A DNA stretch of 64,000 nt from Macrostomum lignano (lineage: Eukaryota). The notes below the pieces were generated by a model. It made no database searches, was not told the origin of the DNA, and saw only the letters and a list, made by a program, of their open reading frames with translations. Where the stretch lies: positions 434,001-498,000 of the forward strand of contig NIVC01000530.1 of assembly GCA_002269645.1 (NCBI GenBank). The letters are read 5' to 3'. Both the position numbers and the translations under genes were made by a program. The stretch's first letter is position 1. Every line of letters begins with the position of its first letter. Below are positions 11,924-23,429 of this stretch, in pieces.

Positions 11924-14256
11924 ATGCGGCTTGTTTACTTCATAATATTGTTTGCATTGGCGGCTGTCGTCGCTCTGACCGCCTCGGATGAATCAAAAGC
12001 GACTGGTGGAGATCCCTCTGCGAATTCGAAGGAAGAGAATAAGGAAGAACTAAATGAATTCGATCGACAGCATGAAGAGGCTGGAATCTTGGTTTTGACG
12101 GATCAAAACTACGAAGAAGTAATTAAGTCATATCCAGCAATGTTAATTAAGTTTTGTAAGTTATTGTGCATATTATAATATACATGTTGTGGTCCATAAT
12201 ATTGTTATGATATTGTAATATTTACCATGATTTTTAATTTACAAATAGTCAAAAGTTTCGAACATCACTTAAATTAAATATATGAATGTTAAATAAATAT
12301 TGAATGGTATTTTATTTGTACAAGTACGTCCATCTGATCAAGTTGATGAGCTACGAGCGTAGAATGAAATGTATTAAACCTAACACGTTCAATTGCCATA
12401 ATCTAATAAACTACTACAATGTAGCTACGAAATATCCCTCAGATCCCACTCGATAAACATGCATATTCCACATCTTTCAGACGCTCCGTGGTGCATTCAC
12501 AGCCGCGAGTTTGCTCCAGAATTTGTGAAGGCCGGCTTCATTCTCAAAGAAAAGAATTCCCCAGTCAGACTGGCTCGAGTCGACGCTTCTGTTGAAAAGA
12601 AGTTTGCCGAAAAGTACGACGTCAAAGGTTACCCAACGTTGAAGTTCTTTAAAGGCGACTTAGTCATTGACTACAACGGTGGAAAAACTGGTGAATCCGT
12701 TGTATCGTGGATTGAAACGAAGATGAAGCAGGCAACCACTGCTATTACGACTATCAAAGAGGCTGAAGAATTTACAACGGCTGATAGTGTCACCCTGTTA
12801 GGTCTGTTCTCAAAAGATAACTTCACAGAGATGTCCAAGCTTCTAGAAGATACTGCGTTTACTCGACTTAACGAAGTACCATGTGGTGTGACCGACAACG
12901 AAGAACTGATGGCACACTACCAAGTTGCCAGGGACACCATCTTGATGTTTAAAAATGTTGACAAAGAACGTTTAAGTTATGAGGGGCCGTTCGATGTTGA
13001 CAGTATCGCTGCGTTTGTTAAAGCAAACAAACTACCGCTGGTTGTCGAGTTCACCCACCACAGCGCCCCGGACATCTTTGGTGGCGACATCGCCAAACAC
13101 GCGCTGCTGTTTGTCCGCAAGTCGCAGGAGCAACAGTTCAAATCTTCGTTCAGCCAGTTCCGCGAGTCAGCCAAGAGCTTCAAAGATCGCGTGATTTTCA
13201 TCTACATTGACGTAGACAATGGCGACAACGAAAAGATCTTGCAGTTCTTCGGCGTCAAACCGTCGGATCCGCCGTCAGTCAGGGTGATTGCCCTGGACAG
13301 GAACATGTCCAAGTTTCGACCAACTTTTGAAAGCGTCACTACCGAAGGGGTCACCGAGTTTGTCCAAGACGTGCTGGACAATAAGATTGATCCGCATCTT
13401 GCTTCGCAGGAACTGCCTGACGACTGGGACAAGGAGCCGGTGAAAGTTCTAGTTAGAAAGAACTTCGACGAAGTGACGATGGACCAAAACAAGACAGTCT
13501 TTGTCATGTTCTACGCTCCCTGGTGCGATCACAGCAAGGAGCTGGCGCCGGTGTGGGAGCAGCTGGCTAAGGACTATGCTCACAACGACACGATTATGAT
13601 TGCCAAGATGGACAGCTCAGAGAACGAGCTGCCGGACATGAAGGTCATGAGCTTTCCAACGCTGAAACTGTTCCCAGCGAACTCTAACGACGTCATTGAT
13701 TACTATGGAGTTGATCGTAAGCTGGAAAGTTTAAAGATTTTCCTCGACTCCAACGGCAAAAAGCAACCGGTGAGCGTTCTTAACTACGAGTATATCGTAT
13801 CATAACTTTTACTGCAAGGAAGGACAACTTATGTATATATACGTTTCTTTTAGACATCCTTGGTAGGGGGTTGTAGCCTAGCGGTTAGAGCGTCGGACTC
13901 ACGACTGTACGGTCGGGGGTTCGATTCTCGACCCTCTCGGAAAAATTTCTTTGACCAAGACACTTCTTTCTGCATTGCTTCAGTTCACTTAGCTGGGGTA
14001 ATTGAGGGTGTGTGTGGTGACCCCCAGTCCTTGGACTGAACAGCCGTAGCTATTAGACTTCTTAAGATTTGTTTTAAACTGTATTGAACAAATCTAATGC
14101 AAATTTCAGGGAATTAACGACTTCAAAGAGCCAAATGAGCCTGGAAACAACGAGGATTCTGACAAGACCAAAGATGAAGAGGAGAAGTCGGATAAAACAG
14201 ACGATGAAGGGGAGGTGAAGTCAGAGGAAGACACCGACGCCAAGCAAGAGTTGTAA
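11924..14256 (+). CDS. Protein disulfide isomerase-like protein (a-b-b'-a'), CIHS/CDHS active sites, C-terminal KQEL
   Basis: Exons 11924-12155, 12481-13769 and 14110-14256 with GT-AG boundaries. Signal peptide MRLVYFIILFALAAVVA; thioredoxin motifs FYAPWCIHS and FYAPWCDHS; VKGYPTLKFF and FPTLKLFP; acidic tail ending KQEL-stop. Confidence 0.92.
13866..14070 (+). mobile_element. tRNA-derived SINE in PDI intron 2
   Basis: tRNA-like head with A box TAGCCTAGCGG and B box GGTTCGATTCT but an imperfect anticodon stem. It is followed by TTGACCAAGACACTT...TGCTTCAGTTCACTTAGCTG, which resembles the conserved central domains of invertebrate SINEs. 3' end approximate. Confidence 0.6.
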
Positions 14257-14469
14257 AAATCGACAACGCAAAATCAGAGAGTCATCTTCATCGCTTGTTG
14301 AAGAGAGTTAACTTTTTGGATAAGTTACTCGTACAGCTAGGCTAGTAAAATTAACTTCCTAATGCTCTCTCTCTCTCTCTTCCTCACCAAAATTAATAAA
14401 CTGTTCGCTATCGAAATGTTGCGCTGTAAATTGGCGAGCTCAAAGAGATATAAATTAGACCGATAGGGG

Positions 14470-14832
14470 GGAGATAGGAAGAGAGACCAGGGAGAGATGG
14501 GGAGAGTAGAGATGAGAACAGGGAGAGATGAGGAGAGTAGAGATGAGATCAGGGAGAAGATGGAGAGAGTAGAGATGAGAACAGGGAGTAGAGAGGAGAT
14601 CAGGTAGAGATGAGACCAGGGGGGTAGAGAGGAGATCAGGTAGAGATGAGACCAGGGGGGTAGAGAGGAGATCAGGTAGAGATGAGACCAGGGGGGTAGA
14701 GAGGAGATCAGGTAGAGATGAGACCAGGGGGGTAGAGAGGAGATCAGGTAGAGATGAGACCAGGGGGGTAGAGAGGAGATCAGGTAGAGATGAGACCAGG
14801 GGGGTAGAGAGGAGATCAGGTAGAGATGAGAC
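14470..14832. repeat. 36-bp minisatellite
   Basis: (GATGAGACCAGGGGGGTAGAGAGGAGATCAGGTAGA)n. Confidence 0.9.
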
Positions 14833-15404
14833 TTATTTTTAAATAGTGAGCATCTAAATTTAAACAAAATAAATTATACAAGGAGACAATGGAAATATCA
14901 AAGGCTTATTAAGCAAAGCAAAATATTTCAATAGAGTATACTAAATACTTTACAATACAAATTGCTTCAAATCTATCGTAAGAGTAGCATAAAATCTGTA
15001 TACAAAACCTGAGAATGTGGTCAAACCCTTCTTGTATTGTGTGTGCCGATATGAAATAAACACACGTCACCAATAGATATTTTACCTACACGGTGGTCCC
15101 ATTCGCTTCTTGTGCTTGAGAAATTTAGCAGATGCTCCTCTGCTTGTACAATTTTGAGTTTCTGAAGAGGCGAACAAGCTAACGCTATAGACAATGGAGA
15201 AGCTAATGATAAAAGCATTTTTAAGATTATTCTTGTACGTGACAATTTTTTGGGATTTTTAAATAATAGAACTCTGAATATCGAATAATTTTACGGCTTT
15301 GAGTATCTGATAGGGGAAATTAAACTGCTAACAGACCTGCACCCCTTATCCGCCCCCTTATCCGCCCCATATGTCCTCTCATCTCATCCGCCCAAAGCTC
15401 CAAC

Positions 15405-15870
15405 CCTCTTATCCGCTCCTAATGATTCCAACCCAACCCATCCGCTCCTAATGATTCCAACCCAACCCATCCGCTCCTAATGATTCCAACCCAACCCATC
15501 CGCTCCTAATGATTCCAACCCAACCCATCCGCTCCTAATGATTCCAACCCAACCCATCCGCTCCTAATGATTCCAACCCAACCCATCCGCTCCTAATGAT
15601 TCCAACCCAACCCATCCGCTCCTAATGATTCCACCCCAACCCATCCGCTCCTAATGATTCCACCCCAACCCATCCGCTCCTAATGATTCCACCCCAACCC
15701 ATCCGCTCCTAATGATTCCACCCCAACCCATTCGCTCCTAATGATTCCACCCCAACCCATCCGCTCCTAATGATTCCACCCCAACCCATCCGCTCCTAAT
15801 GATTCCACCCCAACCCATCCGCTCCTAATGATTCCACCCCAACCCATTCGCTCCGAATGATTCCACCCCC
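15405..15870. repeat. 29-bp minisatellite
   Basis: (CCGCTCCTAATGATTCCAMCCCAACCCAT)n. Confidence 0.92.
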
Positions 15871-16504
15871 ATCCTCCCCCACCCACTGCGTCTGCGCTTT
15901 TTGTGATCTAAAACGTTCTAGGAAATCAGTTTGTTAGAGGAGTTATAAAAAGCTTACCATTCTACTTATTTGACTACAGAAGTAGTGCAATAAGATTTAA
16001 ATTTTCTTAGATTTTTAGATATTTGGATTTTTTCAGTTCAGTTTTTCAAAAACAAACAAGCTTTGAGTCTGAGCAGGATGGAGAAGTCTGTTGCAATTTC
16101 TCAAGATTGCCCAATCAAAGCAATTGAAATTTCCTGCATGCCCAAAGTAAACACCGGGGCTTACTCTGCAAATCCTAGGCTCATTTCAGAGCAAGCCGCC
16201 ACCGCTTCCGTGCCTCCTTTGTAACCTTTGTAACCTGCAAGCCGTCTATCCCGAACGCTACTGAAGAAATAATTAACTTTTGTCCTTCTTTTCGTCTTCA
16301 GCCTAGTCTAGAAATTTCGGTTCACTAAAGGCCACCATTTTCTTCTTTTAATCAAGCAAATTAGAAAAAAGCCATCCTTTGATAAATAAGATCGGGAAAG
16401 CTAAAGAAGAAGCACGGAAGGACAACTTGAAACTACTTTATAGTTTTAAAAGTCATATTATAAACAGTACGTAATGTCCTTACGTGAAACTTAATATATC
16501 TACG

Positions 16505-16835
16505 CTCGTATCACGTGACTTTACAATATCTATCACGTGATTATACAATATCTATCACGTGATTATACAATATCTATCAATTGACTATACAATATCTATC
16601 AATTGACTATACAATACCTATCACGTGACTATACAATACCTATCACGTGACTATACAATATCTATCACGTGATTATACAATATCTGTCATGTGACTATAC
16701 AATATCTATCACGTGAGTATACAATATCTATCACGTGAGTATTCAATATCTATCACGTGACTATACAATATCTATCACGTGACTAAACAATATCTATCAC
16801 GTGACTAAACAATATCTATCACGTGACTATGCAGT
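16505..16835. repeat. 22-bp minisatellite carrying TCACGTGA
   Basis: (TATCTATCACGTGACTATACAA)n. Confidence 0.9.
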
Positions 16836-17221
16836 ATCACAAATTCACGAATCTAATATACATTGTTTGCATTCATTCAGGCCAACTAAGTACAGAATGT
16901 AGTCGCTGGGCGGCCGTCAAATTGTAAACTGCGTGACATGTCATGTCCGGGCATGCCATGACGTATGCACTTGACAGCCCCGGTTTGATGAGAGCCATCG
17001 TTAGGGCAGTTGATATCTTTCAGCTTGCTTAAACATGCGCTGGTTGGACCTCCGCGCATTGCGGTTGTGTCCCAATCCAACTAGGGATTATCGGGGAACA
17101 GAGATTTAACTGTCCCACTAGCCAAACATTCCACTAGTAATGCATATACTTTGCATTTTTTTCAGATTGTTCCACAGCTTTGTTGATAATTGTTGCTCAT
17201 AGATGATGTGACGGATTTTGA

Positions 17222-19610
17222 TGTGGCGCTGCCGTAATCTGGGAGTTGAGAGTAGCGCTGCCATAATCTGGGAGTTGAGAGTGGCTCTGCCATAATCTGG
17301 GAGTTGAGAGTGGCGCTGCCATGATCTGGGAGTTGAGAGTGGCGCTGGCATAATCAGGGAGTTGAGAGTGGCGCTGGCATAATCTGGGAGTTGAGAGTGG
17401 CGCTGCCATAATCTGGGAGTTGAGAGTGGCGCTGCCATAATCTGGGAGTTGAGAGTGGCACTGGCATAATCTGGGAGTTGAGAGTGGCGCTGCCATAATC
17501 TGGGAGTTGAGAGTGGCGCTGGCATAATCTGGGAGTTGAGAGTGGCGCTGCCATAATCTGGGAGTTGAGAGTGGCGCTGGCGTAATCTGGGAGTTGAGAG
17601 TGGCGCTGCCATAATCTGGGAGTTGAGAGTGGCGCTGCCATAATCTGGGAGTTGAGAGTGGCGCTGCCATAATCTGGGAGTTGAGAGTGGCGCTGCCATA
17701 ATCTGGGAGTTGAGAGTGGCGCTGGCATAATCTGGGAGTTGAGAGTGGCGCTGCCATAATCTGGGAGTTGAGAGTGGCGCTGCCATGATCTGGGAGTTGA
17801 GAGTGGCGCTGGCATAATCTGGGAGTTGAGAGTGGCACTGGCATAATCTGGGAGTTGAGAGTGGCGCTGGCATAATCTGGGAGTTGAGAGTGGCACTGGC
17901 ATAATCTGGGAGTTGAGAGTGGCGCTGGCATAATCTGGGAGTTGAGAGTGGCGCTGCCATAATCTGGGAGTTGAGAGTGGCGCTGGCATAATCTGGGAGT
18001 TGAGAGTGGCGCTGGCATAATCTGGGAGTTTAGAGTGGCGCTGCCATAATCTGGGAGTTGAGAGTGGCGCTGGCATAATCTGGGAGTTGAGAGTGGCGCT
18101 GGCATAATCTGGGAGTTGAGAGTGGCGCTGGCATAATCTGGGAGTTGAGAGTGGCGCTGGCATAATCTGGGAGTTGAGAGTGGCGCTGGCATAATCTGGG
18201 AGTTGAGAGTGGCGCTGCCATAATCTGGGAGTTGAGAGTGGCGCTGGCATAATCTGGGAGTTGAGAGTGGCACTGGCATAATCTGGGAGTTGAGAGTGGC
18301 GCTGGCATAATCTGGGAGTTGAGAGTGGCACTGGCATAATCTGGGAGTTGAGAGTAGCGCTGCCATAATCTGGGAGTTGAGAGTAGCGCTGGCATAATCT
18401 GGGAGTTGAGAGTGGCGCTGCCATAATCTGGGAGTTGAGAGTGGCGCTGGCATAATCTGGGAGTTGAGAGTGGCGCTGGCATAATCTGGGAGTTGAGAGT
18501 GGCGCTGGCATAATCTGGGAGTTGAGAGTGGCGCTGCCATAATCTGGGAGTTGAGAGTGGCGCTGGCATAATCTGGGAGTTGAGAGTGGCGCTGGCATAA
18601 TCTGGGAGTTGAGAGTGGCGCTGCCATAATCTGGGAGTTGAGAGTGGCGCTGCCATAATCTGGGAGTTGAGAGTGGCGCTGCCATAATCTGGGAGTTGAG
18701 AGTGGCGCTGGCATAATCTGGGAGTTGAGAGTGGCGCTGCCATAATCTGGGAGTTGAGAGTAGCGCTGCCATAATCTGGGAGTTGAGAGTGGCGCTGGCA
18801 TAATCTGGGAGTTGAGAGTGGCGCTGGCATAATCTGGGAGTTGAGAGTGGCACTGGCATAATCTGGGAGTTGAGAGTGGCGCTGGCATAATCTGGGAGTT
18901 GAGAGTGGCGCTGCCATAATCTGGGAGTTGAGAGTAGCGCTGGCATAATCTGGGAGTTGAGAGTGGCGCTGGCATAATCTGGGAGTTGAGAGTGGCGCTG
19001 CCATAATCTGGGAGTTGAGAGTGGCACTGGCATAATCTGGGAGTTGAGAGTAGCGCTGCCATAATCTGGGAGTTGAGAGTGGCACTGCCATAATCTGGGA
19101 GTTGAGAGTGGCGCTGGCATAATCTGGGAGTTGAGAGTGGCGCTGCCATAATCTGGGAGTTGAGAGTGGCACTGGCATAATCTGGGAGTTGAGAGTAGCG
19201 CTGCCATAATCTGGGAGTTGAGAGTGGCACTGGCATAATCTGGGAGTTGAGAGTGGCGCTGGCATGATCTGGGAGTTGAGAGTGGCGCTGCCATAATCTG
19301 GGAGTTGAGAGTGGCGCTGGCATAATCTGGGAGTTGAGAGTGGCGCTGGCATAATCTGGGAGTTGAGAGTGGCACTGGCATAATTTGGGAGTTGAGAGTG
19401 GCGCTGCCATAATCTGGGAGTTGAGAGTAGCGCTGGCATAATCTGGGAGTTGAGAGTGGCGCTGGCATAATCTGGGAGTTGAGAGTGGCGCTGGCATAAT
19501 CTGGGAGTTGAGAGTGGCGCTGGCATAATCTGGGAGTTGAGAGTGGCGCTGGCATAATTTGGGAGTTGAGAGTGGCGCTGCCATAATCTGGGAGTTGAGA
19601 GTGGCGCTGT
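17222..19610. repeat. 29-bp minisatellite, ~2.4 kb
   Basis: (GAGTTGAGAGTGGCGCTGSCATAATCTGG)n. Confidence 0.97.
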
Positions 19611-20249
19611 ATCTACTAACTGTTTGATTGACGTCAGAATGAGGAGATTTCGGAGTGCCAGCATGTATAATGGGATCTCCTGTTACTATAGACTTGGCCC
19701 ATCAGCGCAAACCAGTGGAGATGCAAGGAAGCTTATTCGAAAATCAAAGTAGCAATCTAACACAGATGCAAAGTTTAGCGCCAAAATGCAGTCTTGCCTC
19801 TTTGGCCAATGCAAAATGGCTCAAATGAAAGTCATCAAAGGCTTAGTCGAATTTTTGAGGATGCTACCGCGACTCGTGTTCCTCTTCTTCTACGAGCTAC
19901 TTCAAATCTCTTTGGCGAACAAGAGGCTGCATAGCAGGAAATTCTAAAAATATAATGTCGCCGCATGGATAGCAGAGGAAGCACTTCTACTACAAAGACA
20001 AACGTCCCTATCCTGACTCCGGTACGAGTATCTTGACTTTCACTGATTGATAAAATAGTTCTACATGTTACAATGACACAAGTTTCATTCGAGTAGGGAG
20101 GCAAAGACTCGATGGATTAGAGAGCAAATCACGTGACTAGAGTGTCTTTCTAGCAACAATAAAGTGTATATAACGTGACTTGACAAAAATTGTGGCACAT
20201 GGCTATAGTGTTAACCACGTTCCTATACAGTGTTCATCATGTTCCTATA

Positions 20250-21225
20250 CATGTATAATATTCATCACGTGACTACAAAGTCTATCACGTGACTATACAG
20301 TGACCATCATGTGACTCAAGAGTCTATATCATGTTGCTATGCAGAGAACATCACGTGACTCTAGAGTCTATCATGTAACTAGAGACCATCATGTGACTGT
20401 AGAGTCTATATCATGTAACTATACAGAGACCATCACGTGACTGTAGAGTCTATATCATATAACTATACAGAGACCATCACGTGACTGTAGAGTCTATATC
20501 ATGTAACTATACAGAGACCATCACGTGACTGTAGAGTCTATAACATGTAACTATACAGAGACCATCACGTGACTGTAGAGTCTATATCATGTAACTATAC
20601 AGAGACCATCACGTGACTGTAGAGTCTATATCATGTAACTATACAGAGACCATCACGTGACTGTAGAGTCTATATCATGTAACTATACAGAAAACATCAC
20701 GTGACTGTAGAGTCTATATCATGTAACTATACAGAGAACATCACGTGACTGTAGAGTCTATATCATGTAACTATACAGAGACCATCACGTGACTGTAGAG
20801 TCTATAACATGTAACTATACAGAGACCATCACGTGACTGTAGAGTCTATATCATGTAACTATACAGAGAACATCACGTGACTGTAGAGTCTATATCATGT
20901 AACTATACAGAGACCATCACGTGACTGTAGAGTCTATAACATGTAACTATACAGAGACCATCACGTGACTGTAGAGTCTATATCATGTAACTATACAGAG
21001 AACATCACGTGACTGTAGAGTCTATATCATGTAACTATACAGAGACCATCACGTGACTGTAGAGTCTATATCATGTAACTATACAGAGACCATCACGTGA
21101 CTGTAGAGTCTATATCATGTAACTATACAGAGACCATCACGTGACTGTAGAGTCTATATCATGTAACTATACAGAGACCATCACGTGACTGTAGAGTCTA
21201 TATCATGTAACTATACAGAGACTAT
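20250..21225. repeat. 44-bp minisatellite carrying TCACGTGA
   Basis: (AGAGACCATCACGTGACTGTAGAGTCTATATCATGTAACTATAC)n. Confidence 0.95.
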
Positions 21226-21629
21226 TACTCGTAAGTGATTTATCGACCCTATGTGCCTTAAACAAAAACTTGATGAGCAAGTAAGAAAATCTACACAGAG
21301 AAGTAAGCATGTATTATGGTAGTGAAAATCAGCCTGGCAACCTGGTTCAGATTGAATAATACACGCATAATAATACTCATTTGCGGTCGAAACTTATCGG
21401 TTGCTTAATATCGCAGCATAATAATACGCTGCCTGACAGTGCCAGTGTTATCAAGGTTCTCACGTTTCGATAAACTCACCGTTGGTTCTTAGTCTCTTAC
21501 TATCTACTCGTAACTATCTTTGCGTAGGATAGATAATTCGTAGATAGATATGTAGCTAGCGAGGAACTTATAATTACTACAAAAAGGAGCCCAGTTCAAG
21601 AGCACATACTATACTCACAGCTCATAATC

Positions 21630-23429
21630 ATGGAGCAAACTCAAGCAGTGCTGGTTGTCGTGCTCTGCGCATTTGTTGCTGTACTTTTCATTCTGGTGCT
21701 GTCGTTTTACACGCCGCTGTGCGACGCCGGCCTTGGCTGCTGTTTTAAGAGGAGAAGACGCCGATCGACAGCAGTTACTAGGAGAAAACAGTATCGAGCC
21801 AAGCGATCGATCTGTAGCTGCTTACCGTTGAGCTGTCAGTCAAGATGCTGCAGCAGCGACACATCGAGCAGCGACAGCGACAGTCCAAGTGACGCCGCCG
21901 CTCAAAAGCAGCCGCCGCCGCCGCGACCGCCGCCGCCATCCTCGGTGCCGCCGTCGCCTCATCTGCTGCATCCACCACCGAGTCGGCCATCAAGTGTTCG
22001 AGTCGGCCTGTCGAATCCGAGCCTGGTGTCAACTCTCACCTCTGAGACCAAACCGGTTCAGCCACCGGCTGCTGCTCCTGCTTCCGCTGCTCCTCCAGGT
22101 GCGTCTGGCTCTGCAGACAGCGCCCATCCAGCTCCGCCCATCGTCGGTGCAGTTGGCGTCGCCGCCGCTGACAACCCGGATGCCAACCATCCTGCTGACG
22201 CAGATGATCCGCTAATCCGCGACGAGTTAAACGACGAAGGTCGCGACCACGGATTGGGCCGGATTCGGTTCTCGTTGACCTACGATTGGACCAGCAGGCA
22301 GTTGAGCGTGAAAATTTGCGAGGCCAGAGGCCTGCCAGCGATGGACTTCCCGTTGGGAACTTCCGATCCCTACTGCAAGGTACGAGAATTTGCAAGGTTC
22401 TGAGCAGGATATTTGGGGCTTTACATCAGATGCTCTAATTTAGAGATTAGTGAAGATTTCAAAATAAAGGCCATGCTGTTCTTTAGGTTCTTTGTAGGTT
22501 TCTTAAGCCTTGCGGGAAATGTAAAATGGAACAACTGAGCCTTTGTAATAGAATCGTTAAAGAGCCGCACAACCAAGAGACTGTCTTAAGAAGGCAGACT
22601 CCATAGGAATGGAAGAGGAGGCGTCTTGTTTTGTGTCGATCTTAATACCGGTAGATAATTGACCGAACGGCTGAATGCAGACTGTAGCTAAAGTGACAAA
22701 GGACAATATTTTCTCAACCACAAATCACAGGTGAGCATCCTGCCTGACAAAGCAAATCGTGTGCAAACCAAAGTGCGACCACGAAAACTGAATCCAACCT
22801 GGAATGAAGTGTTTTTATTCGAGAATTTTCCCGGCGAACGCCTGCTAGATCGGACTCTGCTAATCCAGGTGCTGGACTACGACAGGTTCAGTCGTGACGA
22901 CCCCATCGGGGATGCGCAGTTCCCGTTGGTGTTTCTGCACACAGTCGACGGTGCTCGCCGATCGCTGACTCTTTGGCGCAATCTGCAGCCAAACCGGAAG
23001 ACTCGCGGATTCGTTGGCGAACTGCTGCTAGCGTTGAGCTATAATCCGCATTCCAATCAGCTCAATCTGGTGCTGATGCGGGCAAAGGATCTCAAAGCGA
23101 TGGATCTAAGTCGGACCTCCGATCCCTATTGCGTGGCCAAGCTGGTGCACAGCAAGACTAGAAGAGTTTGCCAGCGACGAAGGAGCACCGTAGTGCGTCG
23201 CTCGCTCTCGCCCCAGTGGAACGAGTCCTTTACCTTCGGCGTGCCTGCTGACAAAGTGCACGAGTATCATCTTGAACTGGTGGTTAAGGACAAAGACTTT
23301 CTTGGCTCTGAAACTATTGGCAGGATTAGATTAGGTACCAGATCCTGTCCCAGCGAGACGGCTCACTGGACTGAGGTGCTGAGCAAGCCGAGACAACAGG
23401 TGGCTCGTTGGCACACTCTCAAGCACTGA
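21630..23429 (+). CDS. SYT7: Synaptotagmin-7-like protein (N-terminal TM, C2A, C2B)
   Basis: Exons 21630-22379 and 22731-23429 join in frame. TM segment AVLVVVLCAFVAVLFILVL; GTSDPYCKV, FLFENFP, VLDYDRFSRDDPIG, LKAMDLSRTSDPY and KPRQQVARWHTLK resemble Syt7. Confidence 0.85.

Noticed and set aside
13866-13940. Functional tRNA gene
   Set aside because: Anticodon stem does not pair, there is no T-run terminator, and the sequence continues into a SINE-like body.
17118-19664. Four long ORFs of 280-795 aa
   Set aside because: Stop-free readings of a 29-bp repeat in all three minus frames; not protein-like.
15900-20110. Unique-sequence islands between arrays (~16.1, 16.9 and 19.7-20.0 kb) as exons of a hidden gene
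   Set aside because: I could not build a consistent spliced frame or recognise a family; left unresolved.
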